Source: an uncultured virus (IMG/VR IMGVR_UViG_3300008267_000038)
Lineage: Duplodnaviria > Heunggongvirae > Uroviricota > Caudoviricetes
DNA length: 64,000 bases
Reading direction: 5' to 3' (one strand)
IMG/VR virus record: IMGVR_UViG_3300008267_000038
Location: 1 to 64,000 of that record
In this document: one piece after another, positions 51,901 through 60,111 of the stretch
How positions within the stretch are numbered: position 1 is the first letter of the stretch
Layout: each line of letters begins with the position of its first letter
Program-made: the position numbers and the translations under genes
Notes under the pieces: generated by a model
Database searches by the model: none
What the model was told of the DNA's origin: nothing
Seen by the model: only the letters and a program-made list of their open reading frames with translations

Positions 51901-53188
51901 CCCGCTCGCACTCGGCCAAGTACATCTCGTCGTCGTTCAATGCACCCACGATCTGGGTGCTATCGAACGGGGTACCGCCCGCCGTCGTCGTCGTCGAGGC
52001 GGTCGAGTAGCTGGTGCCCCAATGAATGACCGACACATCCGTGGACGGGTTCGAGATCACGAAGTCCGTGTCTTGGATGTAGGAGGCGCGATCCGGCGAG
52101 TAGCCGCACAGCGAGACGGTGGTGACGAGGCTGTTCGGCAGGAAGTCGAAGGTGTCCTGCCAAGTGTTGGCGAAGTACGTCACCGTGACATTCGAGCCAG
52201 GGGCAGGGGGCAGCGTCAGGTAAACCTTGCCGTTCTGACCGTCCACCGCCGCAGGGATCGTCTGTAGGCCGTTGACCTTCACCACCACCTTGGAGGGGTC
52301 CGTCGTGGTGAGGCCACCACCCGAACCATCCACGATGGGACGGTTGAACACCGTAAAGACCGCGTTGCGGTTGGTCGCCGTGTAGTTCGACCACCCCATC
52401 GGGCCGTTCGCGGTGCCGTCAAGCACCTGGAGTTCCAAGGAGGTGACGAGACGGACGTGTTCGCCACCCTCGTTGTCGGTGAACACCGTCACCGTCAGGT
52501 TCGGGATGCTGAGAGCGTCGATCTGCGCCTTGACGGACGTAGCCGTTAGAGTGCCGCTCGACAGCACCGCCGCGTACTGCGTGCCGTTCACCTTCAACTT
52601 CAAGGTGTCGTTGGTGTTGGCGATGATCTCGAAGGGACCCGCCGCAGGACTCAACAGCACGGCGTTCGAGCTAGAGACTTGAGCCGACACGTCGTCCGTG
52701 AAGGCCGTGTCGCCACGGTGGAAGAAGTAGGTGACTCGAACATCGTCGCTGGGCTGGGTCGGCACCTGTAGGGTGACGATGCCGCGCTGTCCGTTCACCT
52801 GTCCCACCGCCGTCGGCAGGCCGTTCACCGTCACCGTCACGGTGCGGATGTCGTTCGTGACTCGACCGAGGCCAGAACCATCTACAAGCGGGAAGTTACG
52901 GACACGGAACCGCGCCAGCGTGCCGTTCTGCTCACCCAACACAGGGTTGGCAGGGTTGGCATCACTCAGCACCCATTGGAGCGACACGTCCTCGCTGTTG
53001 ATCTGCTGGTCGGCCGTCGAACTGGAACCACGCACGAGAGCGACGTTGCTCTGGGAGAGTTCCTCCTGCCCGACGCCGATGATGACGGGGATGCGAAGGC
53101 CAGCAACAATGTTGGCGACGTTGGATTCGGTGAGCGTCCGCGTATAGACGCCAGGCGGGACATAAGTGACGAAAGGGCCGAGAGCCAT
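48935..53188 (-). CDS. Contractile tail sheath protein with large domain insertions
   Basis: Starts YVPPGVYT...P.IIGVG. Ends with GV..LE....IRIRQGLTT, VTQIADFV...L..FVG.K and Y.PVFPL.YI..TFNL. Confidence 0.9.
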   Translation of the reverse strand: MALGPFVTYVPPGVYTRTLTESNVANIVAGLRIPVIIGVGQEELSQSNVALVRGSSSTADQQINSEDVSLQWVLSDANPANPVLGEQNGTLARFRVRNFPLVDGSGLGRVTNDIRTVTVTVNGLPTAVGQVNGQRGIVTLQVPTQPSDDVRVTYFFHRGDTAFTDDVSAQVSSSNAVLLSPAAGPFEIIANTNDTLKLKVNGTQYAAVLSSGTLTATSVKAQIDALSIPNLTVTVFTDNEGGEHVRLVTSLELQVLDGTANGPMGWSNYTATNRNAVFTVFNRPIVDGSGGGLTTTDPSKVVVKVNGLQTIPAAVDGQNGKVYLTLPPAPGSNVTVTYFANTWQDTFDFLPNSLVTTVSLCGYSPDRASYIQDTDFVISNPSTDVSVIHWGTSYSTASTTTTAGGTPFDSTQIVGALNDDEMYLAECERVIDTATVPATVSTTDFLLPEVPTMGNGRNTPLTMSVFEAVTNGRQDLTTNRPDLVEVYVGRDLQDAMSRPAVTVLTVDGANRLVSLKDPVPPDYLAFATFYYSRVADDSYTFTCKVPGAVGVGQYEVSSLNNPNLYQVRFGTKSGLAETVQWPRGAERVPDAFHTGVGTPASETVTVTFDQKDPTNAAYTIKGAEPYSFYTPYSATWTTKLNNVNYATNLADAAPAMLVGKHVTPDTGGNVIISAGNEVLSFDVDEVDISVTLTTGTRTPTQIKNEINAAIDADPAFAGTAPNNLCGFVQIAGTPGTGDIIFYIKSMTTPANFDDVSSVYIKQGTAQTTLGFKAFQKALGTIDATNKPATLLGSVVGPFAITTGVNDTFSVRVNGVDYTVTFPNGAAVTAATVASFINAACPGVASVATGPNLNKVRLTSTTNSDVSSLVILTGNANSVLGFTQNQMANQTRVTAQEVVNLLNDTASFMTAGIAYPSSIEGLNYITIESLTVGTATSSVAFVDSGATTSAFNPTTGTKVVAGTDGDVGQNATDIFTVTSNSAAGSSGDGVPGQTFTAPQTGLRFTVLPSTTGSYTTGGSFTMEVSPTFHVNPAVPFYAVPGMELTVANTVGVIPNDTGKLQTFAPTGVEPKIGDPYYLSYKFLKQDYSTRIFRQLKTIEANFGRTSAENRVTLAAYLAILNGALLVGIKQVLKVPNTNQASDLSYINALQELTLPLTGGVKPDIIVPLTSSAAVFSQLAQHCETQSLIQNQAERMGFIGFAANTPPQTAATVATGLNSNRVVAYYPDSAIVTLTDELGQSYDNLVDGTFIAAAVAGAVVSPSVDVATPYTRRRILGFTGIPRVMDPVEANQTAVKGVTLLEDSGGLIRIRQGLTTNMASALTRLPTVTQIADFVQQQSRIVLDNFVGTKFLASRTQEVEVTMTSLFKQLVEAEIVAAFTGIASTVDPNDPTVLQFEAYYQPVFPLLYIVLTFNLRAQL

Positions 53189-53195
53189 TTTGGAA

Positions 53196-53325
53196 CTCCT
53201 CTGCGGGGTTGAAAGAAAGGATCATCCCATCTGGATTTTGCGCCTTGGGGCCGTTCCTGCTTCCGATCCGCGTCTGGGTGTATGGCCCGCAAGAGGCCGA
53301 AACTCTACGGATGCCCTTGGAACGG
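53196..53325 (-). promoter_or_regulatory. Structured 5' leader of the sheath gene
   Basis: Nested CCGTTCC/GGAACGG, ATCCG/CGGAT and GGCC/GGCC. It shares ACACCCAGA and an RBS-proximal 19-mer with the 41025-41148 leader. Confidence 0.5.
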
Positions 53326-53329
53326 TAGA

Positions 53330-53779
53330 TTATCGACTGCGGCTACGGTCCCGCGCCTCTGCCATAGTCTTGATGGCGTGCTTGGTTAGCTTGCGACGGG
53401 CCTCACGGCCAACGTCGGTCATCGGCTCGTAGTCGATGAAGTCCTTGCCCTGATGCCGGATGAGGGCCGGTGAACCACCCATCTTGCGGGCGGCTTCCTT
53501 GACCTTCTTCTGCCCCTCGTAGGACTCCCATCGCTGGTCAGCGTCCCGACCTACAATCTGGTCTGCGGTCGGGTAGTCATTCTTGTGGACCCCCGTGTTG
53601 CCGATGGGTGCGGACTCGTTCTTGGCGAACGCAAAGCCAAATCCCTCCCCGTCCATGACACGGGGGGCAGGGTCCTTGCACTCAGGACAGGGGTGGTCCG
53701 TGTGGTCCCCCATCTTGAGGTTACGCTCGAAACGGAGGTTGCAGCCTTCGGCATGACACTCAAAGACGTACTTGGGCAT
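53330..53779 (-). CDS. FmdB-family zinc-ribbon protein
   Basis: MPKYVFEC....C...FE..........CPEC matches the FmdB/CxxC_CxxC pattern. Confidence 0.8.
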   Translation of the reverse strand: MPKYVFECHAEGCNLRFERNLKMGDHTDHPCPECKDPAPRVMDGEGFGFAFAKNESAPIGNTGVHKNDYPTADQIVGRDADQRWESYEGQKKVKEAARKMGGSPALIRHQGKDFIDYEPMTDVGREARRKLTKHAIKTMAEARDRSRSR

Positions 53780-53797
53780 GGCTCATCCTATGTGGGT

Positions 53798-54958
53798 TTA
53801 GCGAATCCTCTCGAAGTCATTGTTGAGGTTCGGGAGGACAGGTTGGGTCTGGAAGTAAAGGCCCGAGGTCAACGGGGTGATCCCGTGGGAGGTCTGGGTA
53901 GGCTCCTGTGTGACACGAGAGATCACAAACGGCACAGGAACGTGCATCTCCCAATCGGCGCGGAGTTGGAGCGAGATCGAGGCGTTGTAGTAGTAGGTGT
54001 CGCCCGTCTCATCGTAAGTTTCCTCGGCCTCCCCTCCCATCGAGATGTCCACCACCTCGATACCCTCGGTGGCGAGGTCCTCCTTCTTCTCGGCCCACAG
54101 CGACATCACCAGAAGGTCCGCGATCTCCTCCATCTGGTTGGGGTCCTGTGCGATCACATCGACGTCGAAGTTGACCTCAAACTTGCCGCCGTATGCCTTG
54201 GCGGCCTCAACCCTGTCCTCGTAAACGACAATCGCCACCTTGTCGCCCACCTTGCCGCGCTTCCCGAACGCCATGACGACACCTGGCAGCGTCGTGTGAT
54301 CCGACCTGTTCCAGTAGTAGTCCACGGGGCCAATGCTGGGTGCGGGGTACCGATAGTCAGCAGTCAACGTCGTCTGAGGCGGGGTGCGGATCGCCAACGT
54401 GACAGCACCCGTCCGATAGTCCACGGTGTAATCGGTGCCCTCACGCAACAGGGTGTTCTTGCCTAGCCACAGGCGCAACGTCCCTTGGGCGGGGATGTTC
54501 TGAAGTTGGGCTTCTCGCTCAACCCCCGTGTCAAACTGGAGGAGAGCCTCGTCCGTGACGGTCAGCAGGGGGTCGATGATGAACTTGCCAAAGTCCTGCG
54601 GCGTCTCGGGGGCTTGCAGGATTTCGAGGTAGTAGATGCCCGCAGCGAGCGGGAACCCCCCGCCGTGTGCCTGCACGGCTGCGAGGTCCTCCCTGACCCA
54701 CTCGATGGGATAGACCGGCCCACCGACGTTCGTGAGCATCACATGGCTCTCGATGGTACCCATGAAGTTGTCAGCGGACAGGGCGACCTTGTTGGCCGAC
54801 GCCCCCTTCACGACAATGCCGAACTGCGGGCGCTCGTCGAAGGCGTACTTGTTCTGAATCGAGTCAACCAGCTTATTGTAAACCGGGTGGCGGCTAAAGG
54901 TGTCCCGCAACTCGTTGATGAGCCGCCGCTTGAGAGCGCCGACCAAGTAGTAGAACAT
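53798..54958 (-). CDS. Putative tail terminator/completion protein
   Basis: Upstream of the sheath. Motifs ERPQ.GIVV and F.VDVIAQDP....EIADL, with an inserted EGTDYTVDYRTGAVTL domain. Confidence 0.55.
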   Translation of the reverse strand: MFYYLVGALKRRLINELRDTFSRHPVYNKLVDSIQNKYAFDERPQFGIVVKGASANKVALSADNFMGTIESHVMLTNVGGPVYPIEWVREDLAAVQAHGGGFPLAAGIYYLEILQAPETPQDFGKFIIDPLLTVTDEALLQFDTGVEREAQLQNIPAQGTLRLWLGKNTLLREGTDYTVDYRTGAVTLAIRTPPQTTLTADYRYPAPSIGPVDYYWNRSDHTTLPGVVMAFGKRGKVGDKVAIVVYEDRVEAAKAYGGKFEVNFDVDVIAQDPNQMEEIADLLVMSLWAEKKEDLATEGIEVVDISMGGEAEETYDETGDTYYYNASISLQLRADWEMHVPVPFVISRVTQEPTQTSHGITPLTSGLYFQTQPVLPNLNNDFERIR

Positions 54959-54961
54959 GGC

Positions 54962-55960
54962 CTACTCCTCGGAGGCCAGCACCAGCAGACCCTCCGCAAC
55001 AGCCGTCATGGGGTCCGTCGCCAACCGAATCTCGGAGATCGGGATGGGGAACCCCTTTTTGTTCATGGAGTTGAACTCGTCCTTGAACACGTCGAGGAAC
55101 CCACCGGCCCGCGTCGTCCCGCCGCTCACCACGAAGGGGATGGCCTCGGGGAGGTCGATGGAGGTGCGGGCGTTCTTGAACTGGACGACGATGTTCTCAA
55201 GGGTGTAGCGGATGAGCGCACGGATGTAGAGGGCGATGGCCTCCTCGTCACGGCCCTTGGGGTCCGCGAGGTTCACGCCCTTCTCTTTGAGACTGCACAT
55301 ACGGGCCGAAGTGCTGCCCATCGCCTTGGCGGCGTTGCGGTCGATCCAATCGCCGCCTCGGGCTAGGCTGAAATCCAAACCCTTGACCGTCTGGTACGCC
55401 AGAGCCGCGTTGCACATACCAGAGCCGTAGGACACGGCCAACCCGCTGAACTGCTCTGCGGCGCATTGGCTGTAGATGATCGCCATAGCCTCGTTCATGG
55501 GATGCGGCGCGTACCCATGCTCGGAGACGATCTTCCGAAACACCTCGGTGTGGTAGATGACATCCTGATCCGGGTCGTCGATGGGCGCGGCAGGCACCGA
55601 GTAGTAACAATGCTCCCCGTCCACCAGCGGCTCACCCAGCACGTTGTGGATGAGCAGGGAGAGGATTTCCTGTGCCTCGATCTCGCCCGACGCGATCACG
55701 CCTCGGCTCAGAGGACGACGGGCCTCGCGCTTGAACAGGTTTGCCATCGTGAGGGCCGAGTCGCCCAGCACCACGAGGTTGTCGTCCTTCTCGACGTAGT
55801 TGACCTTCGAGAGCCGCAGGGTCTTTTTGGCCTCAAGGTCGAGGTCGATGAAGGCGTCCCTGATACGCTTGGTTTCGACGCCACCACCGCTCATGCGGGC
55901 CGCCACGATGTTCATGGTGCCAATGTCGAGGCCGACACCGGGCTTCGCAGTCTGACTCAT
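54962..55960 (-). CDS. Actin-fold ATPase (volactin/MamK-like)
   Basis: Phosphate-1 GLDIGTMN, RRPLSRGVI, YSVPA, NEAMA, phosphate-2 SYGSGMCN, RGGDWID, adenosine VSGGTT and connect-2 DPMTAVAEGL. Probable start is ATG 55960 (AAGGA RBS); the frame is open further upstream. Confidence 0.88.
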   Translation of the reverse strand: MSQTAKPGVGLDIGTMNIVAARMSGGGVETKRIRDAFIDLDLEAKKTLRLSKVNYVEKDDNLVVLGDSALTMANLFKREARRPLSRGVIASGEIEAQEILSLLIHNVLGEPLVDGEHCYYSVPAAPIDDPDQDVIYHTEVFRKIVSEHGYAPHPMNEAMAIIYSQCAAEQFSGLAVSYGSGMCNAALAYQTVKGLDFSLARGGDWIDRNAAKAMGSTSARMCSLKEKGVNLADPKGRDEEAIALYIRALIRYTLENIVVQFKNARTSIDLPEAIPFVVSGGTTRAGGFLDVFKDEFNSMNKKGFPIPISEIRLATDPMTAVAEGLLVLASEE

Positions 55961-56090
55961 CTGGGTTTCCTTTTTGGGTTTTCGGGCCTTGCCGCTCGGC
56001 TTGGTCCCGTCGGTCCACACGGCGGCACAGAGAGCCTCAAACTCCGGGTCGAACTTGTCGGTCGGGTTTGAGGCCATCTGTCTCGGGGTG

Positions 56091-57254
56091 TTAGTAGAGT
56101 TTGGGTTTGTAGTTCGATCCCACTTCTTCAAGGAACAAAACCCATTCCTCCCTCAGTTGCTCGGCGTACTTGGCGTCCTTGGACTTGTACTTTTCGATCT
56201 CTTTTTTGAAGGTACTAATGACGTACTCTCGACCCCGCTTGACAGTCTCGGCAATCAGAGCCTTGACGTACTCGGGGTCTTTGCCCTCGTTCATTTTCTT
56301 GACGGCGCGGCAAGCGTTGTCAATGCCCTTTCGGGCCTCCACGTTCATGTCGAAGTCAGCCTTGATAAAGTCAACCAAGCCTTTTTTGCGGTCACGGATG
56401 ACCTCGATGATGTCGAGAACGTCGTCTTGGTCTAGCTTGGGACCACTTGCCTGCTTGGAAAGGTCGGACTCAAAGCGGGCGGTGACCTGTCGGGTCAGCA
56501 GTTCGTGCTTGAAGGCGTCCAATGGGTGCATAGTGGCTTCCTTTTGTCGAGTGGCATGAGTGGGGTGACCCATCATGGAGGCTTCCTTCATGGAGGACCG
56601 CTGCTTGAGCAGGTAGGCGAGGGACTCCTGCTTGTCTGCGATGCCCTGCAAGAGGTTGTCGATACCGTGGGAGAGCAGCCCCTTGTCCTCAAGGGCTGCG
56701 TAGGCGAGTTGCATGAGGACCGCTGACTTCATGAGCGCCCGCCACGACAGCAGCGGCATCTCCTGCGGGGTCGGCTGCACGGGGGCATCGCTGTAAAACA
56801 GCTTCGTGAACGTCATCATGTGGCTCATCTGGAGGAGGGGCTGCACCAAGATGGTGTCGCCCTTCCCGACGGCACGCTCGGCCAAGCCGTCGATGAGGCC
56901 GTTCACTTCGCCGTAGATACGCTCAAACAGCAGATGGTCGCCGTAGTAGGTCTGGCCCCGAGTCTGCCAATGGTGGGCCTGGTGGATCATGGCCTCGGCC
57001 CGAAGGCTCGCCAGCAGTACGGCCAACTCGGCCATAGGGGTGCCGCCGAAGTCAGCCACACAATGCTGGAAGGCGACCTCCACATCGGTACCGACCTGTA
57101 GGGCCGCCTGTCGGACCCATCCACCAACCTCGCCCCCGTGAGCAGCGACCTTCCCGCCCACGATACCCGGTAGGTAGGGGGGTCCGTCCTTCAAGTAGTT
57201 GTAGGAGAGGGGATCGTGCAAAAGGGCGTAGGTCGAGTGGAGGTCATTCAGCAT
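56091..57254 (-). CDS. Dps/ferritin-like domain protein fused in frame to a 146-aa helical protein
   Basis: HQAHHWQTRG..YYGDHLLFERIY.......DGLAER is the Dps ferroxidase signature. A second possible start, ATG 56531 (MHPLDAF), has an AAGGAAG RBS. Confidence 0.75.
   Translation of the reverse strand: MLNDLHSTYALLHDPLSYNYLKDGPPYLPGIVGGKVAAHGGEVGGWVRQAALQVGTDVEVAFQHCVADFGGTPMAELAVLLASLRAEAMIHQAHHWQTRGQTYYGDHLLFERIYGEVNGLIDGLAERAVGKGDTILVQPLLQMSHMMTFTKLFYSDAPVQPTPQEMPLLSWRALMKSAVLMQLAYAALEDKGLLSHGIDNLLQGIADKQESLAYLLKQRSSMKEASMMGHPTHATRQKEATMHPLDAFKHELLTRQVTARFESDLSKQASGPKLDQDDVLDIIEVIRDRKKGLVDFIKADFDMNVEARKGIDNACRAVKKMNEGKDPEYVKALIAETVKRGREYVISTFKKEIEKYKSKDAKYAEQLREEWVLFLEEVGSNYKPKLY
56538..56573. 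repeat. 36-bp inverted repeat, left copy
   Basis: Its reverse complement ATGGGTCACCCCACTCATGCCACTCGACAAAAGGAA matches 60110..60145 at 35 of 36 positions. Confidence 0.95.
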
Positions 57255-57565
57255 TAGTCATCCATCCCAGCGAGGATGTCCATGAGGGCGGCCTTCTTGC
57301 CCTTGTTCTTCAACTCCTTGCCCAGATCAGCCAGCGTCTCCTTCTCGGGACGGCCACCGGCCTTGGCAGCACAAAGCGGACACTTGACGCCGCTGGTCTG
57401 CTTGACGGTCAGGTAGAACTGGTGGGACTCGTCCTTCGAGCAGGTGTACTCAAACAGGTTCGCACCACCCTGCTTGGCCTCACTCTGCTTCTTGCCACCA
57501 CGCTTGGCGACTCGGGACATCACGGACTCGGAAAAGTTCAACAGGCTGGCTTGACGCGGGTGCAT
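57254..57565 (-). CDS. Small basic zinc-binding protein
   Basis: Start moved to ATG 57565 (AGGAGGA RBS; MHPRQAS). Has C-x5-H...CPLC. Confidence 0.65.
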   Translation of the reverse strand: MHPRQASLLNFSESVMSRVAKRGGKKQSEAKQGGANLFEYTCSKDESHQFYLTVKQTSGVKCPLCAAKAGGRPEKETLADLGKELKNKGKKAALMDILAGMDD

Positions 57566-57602
57566 GGGAAATCCTCCTACAGGGGGTGAGAGAAAAGAAA
57601 GA

Positions 57603-58214
57603 CTATTGCCGACCCTGGCGCAGTTTGCGGAGGGCATCCGCAGCCGTACCAAGGGACGAGTTCTCCGACGTCTCGGACTGCACCTCTGCGAGGCGGCCTT
57701 CGATGCCTTTGGGTTTGATCTCGGTAGGGATGAACGCCGGTACATCCACCTCCACGACACCAAACCCCACGGAGGTTGTGCGCCCAGACGAAGTGGACGC
57801 TGCGGGATTGGCGGCCATGACGGGCACCCCAGACCTCAAGAGGGTGAGGATTTGGTCGATGCGATCATCCTGTGGGGGCGGCGGGGGCGCAGGAGGCGTC
57901 TGTAGGGCTTGCTCCAAGGTTGCGACCATCTCCCGCAGCTTGGCGTTCTCGGCCTCCAGTTGCCGACACTTATCCTGCCAGACCTCGACGTTAGGGGCTG
58001 GGGCGACTGTGGGCCGAACAGGACCTTGACTGACCGATCCCCCGTGCAGTTGAAAGACCCGCCGCTGCGAGATAGCCCTCCACAGGTCCTTTGAGACGGT
58101 AGCCCTGTTGGCAGGGATCGTCACAACCTGCCGGTGCGGAACGTCCATGCCGATGTCATAAAGGATGGTGGTGGTGACATCCAGCCCCACCACCGTAACG
58201 TCACCTTGCATCAT
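57603..58214 (-). CDS. Coiled-coil/Pro-rich protein, candidate partner of the actin homolog
   Basis: Start at an ATGA overlap (MMQGDV). Coiled coil LEAENAKLREMV and an amphipathic C-terminus AADALRKLRQ. Confidence 0.55.
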   Translation of the reverse strand: MMQGDVTVVGLDVTTTILYDIGMDVPHRQVVTIPANRATVSKDLWRAISQRRVFQLHGGSVSQGPVRPTVAPAPNVEVWQDKCRQLEAENAKLREMVATLEQALQTPPAPPPPPQDDRIDQILTLLRSGVPVMAANPAASTSSGRTTSVGFGVVEVDVPAFIPTEIKPKGIEGRLAEVQSETSENSSLGTAADALRKLRQGRQ

Positions 58215-58750
58215 CCACCACTCACTTGCCGCCGCAGTTGGGAAGCAATCTCGCGGGTTATCCGCTTCTTGATGACCGTGCGGGCTTCTCTGATGGCGCT
58301 GTCTACAAGGTCGAGAGGCTTGCGGCCTGGGTGTACCCACCGACCATCCGACAAGGACTTCGCCGTAGCCGACCGAAAGATGACCTTACCAGACTCCGTG
58401 ACGATGGGAATGGGTGCCGTGGCCTTCCGCAACCAAGCCATCTGCTGCCTACGCTGGCCGTTCACTAGGTAGCCCCACAGGGGGTCCTTGACGACAACTT
58501 GCAGGCTTGCCGCCTTGATGCGCGTGGAGAGCGCCTTGGAGAGGCGCTTCTTGGCCCCATCCGAGTAGGCCGTCTGCTTGATCCTCGAACGAATCCGTTT
58601 GAGGATTTCGCCGCTCAGTTTGTCGAGGGCGGCCTCGACGTCGTAACTCGGGTCGGCGGTAAGCCCACGGCTGTACGATCTCTTTACGGTAAGTTCGGGG
58701 GCTGCGAACGCCTTGCGAGGCTTGGCGGCTTTTACGAGAAACTTGCCCAC
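58211..58750 (-). CDS. Basic neck/tail-completion protein (HK97 gp10-like)
   Basis: Very basic 179 aa with IFR.A and WVHPGRKP. Located after the head-closure-like gene. Confidence 0.55.
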   Translation of the reverse strand: MGKFLVKAAKPRKAFAAPELTVKRSYSRGLTADPSYDVEAALDKLSGEILKRIRSRIKQTAYSDGAKKRLSKALSTRIKAASLQVVVKDPLWGYLVNGQRRQQMAWLRKATAPIPIVTESGKVIFRSATAKSLSDGRWVHPGRKPLDLVDSAIREARTVIKKRITREIASQLRRQVSGG

Positions 58751-58752
58751 GG

Positions 58753-60111
58753 CTAATACTCGATGTTCTCCCAGACCTTAGTGCGACCACGGAGTTCGCG
58801 CTCGTCTGGGATGTTGGGCTTGTCGGTGATGGGCGTCGGACCACCCTCCTCGGGCGGCGTGGGGCCGAACTGAACAGCCGTGTAACGCACAGGGTTGTCC
58901 ATCGGGACCTTGTAGCGGATGTCCTTCTCGTCGAGGTGGCCGATGTTGAAGTGCTGCTGGAGGACCATGCCTCGGTTGGTCGGCATCCTGACCGCGCCGA
59001 TGCTGTACCGCTCCCCATTGATCTTCACGAGGAAGTCTCGCATCGACAGGAGCGGTACAGGACCGGCCCACGCCTCGTAGGTGTGTTCGACGGTGCGGCC
59101 AATGTCCTTCTGCGAGATACGCTTCTCGGCATCGTCGGGGGCGATGATGGACTCGTATGGACCCTCGTAGCCGCCAAGGAACCCCGTCCCGTAACACCGC
59201 AGACAATCGGACTGCGGTTGCTTGTGGTGGGTGTCGGGGATGCAGGGACAGGGTAGGCCGACGTTCTTGCGTAGGAACAGTCGGACCCGCTCGCCACCCT
59301 GCTCCAAAATCCAGCGGTTCCGGCGCACGGCCTCCCGCCAGATGAAGTCGAGTTTCTCGATCTCTTGGTTGGAGGTCGCCGCAGCGTTCTCCAGCGGTGT
59401 CTCGATGAAGTCGCTTTCGGACAGGTCGCTCAGACGACAGCCAGGCGGGATGCCCACCGCGCAGACACGGTAAAAGACCCGCTGGGCCAAGTCAGTACGG
59501 AGCAGCGACTTGGTTCGCCGGTAACTGACCGTAACCTTCTCGGCCTTGTTGGCAGGTAGGACGGCCGGATCGTAGTTCTGCAAGGCTACGTTCGAGAACT
59601 CACGGGGGTCGATCTGCACCTCTCCCGAGAACCCATCGACGGCTAGAACACGGGCGCGTCGATCTCCGACGAACACCATAACGTCGTCGGGGTCCTGCGT
59701 GGGGGTGTTCTGGGACCCCGCCTTCACGATGGGCGCATAGAGGGTCTTGAACGAGTACCGTGTGGGACCCTCCTCGGAGGTAGGTTTCCCAAAGTACATC
59801 CAACTAGACGGGACTACGAACTCCTCTACCAACTCCACGTCGGTCTGGTCCCGCCAGAAGGTTGTCCCGACGGGTACCTGCGTGAGCCGGTGGTAGGGGC
59901 CAAACTCGGAGTCGAAACTCCGATAGACGTTGACGCCCACGAGGTTCCAATCGCTGTTGAGCGACAGGGCAGATGGGTCATCCCATCGAAGATCGTACAC
60001 GCCTGGCCGCCACCCACTCGTCAAGAACAGGTTGAGAGGGGGCAGCGGCCACGGCGCACGGGTGATCTCTAGGGACGATGGATTACGGTCACGGTTTGTT
60101 GAGTACGGCAT
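58753..60111 (-). CDS. Neck / head-closure protein
   Basis: LEQGGERVRLFLRK..G.PCPC...C..CYGTGFLGGY and P.LS.RDF.V....ERY.I..V, with an N-terminal FN3-like part. Confidence 0.6.
   Translation of the reverse strand: MPYSTNRDRNPSSLEITRAPWPLPPLNLFLTSGWRPGVYDLRWDDPSALSLNSDWNLVGVNVYRSFDSEFGPYHRLTQVPVGTTFWRDQTDVELVEEFVVPSSWMYFGKPTSEEGPTRYSFKTLYAPIVKAGSQNTPTQDPDDVMVFVGDRRARVLAVDGFSGEVQIDPREFSNVALQNYDPAVLPANKAEKVTVSYRRTKSLLRTDLAQRVFYRVCAVGIPPGCRLSDLSESDFIETPLENAAATSNQEIEKLDFIWREAVRRNRWILEQGGERVRLFLRKNVGLPCPCIPDTHHKQPQSDCLRCYGTGFLGGYEGPYESIIAPDDAEKRISQKDIGRTVEHTYEAWAGPVPLLSMRDFLVKINGERYSIGAVRMPTNRGMVLQQHFNIGHLDEKDIRYKVPMDNPVRYTAVQFGPTPPEEGGPTPITDKPNIPDERELRGRTKVWENIEY

Noticed and set aside
11640..53188. 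Extracellular contractile injection system, tailocin or T6SS interpretation
   Set aside because: Neck and head-adaptor-like genes, a long tape measure, and the absence of an Afp15-type ATPase or Tss membrane genes favour a phage. The capsid genes are not visible here, so this is not absolute.
55961..56131. 57-aa N-terminal extension of the actin homolog given by the ORF track
   Set aside because: It overlaps the upstream gene, and the fold begins right after MSQTAK, which has its own RBS. A start at 56077 cannot be fully excluded.
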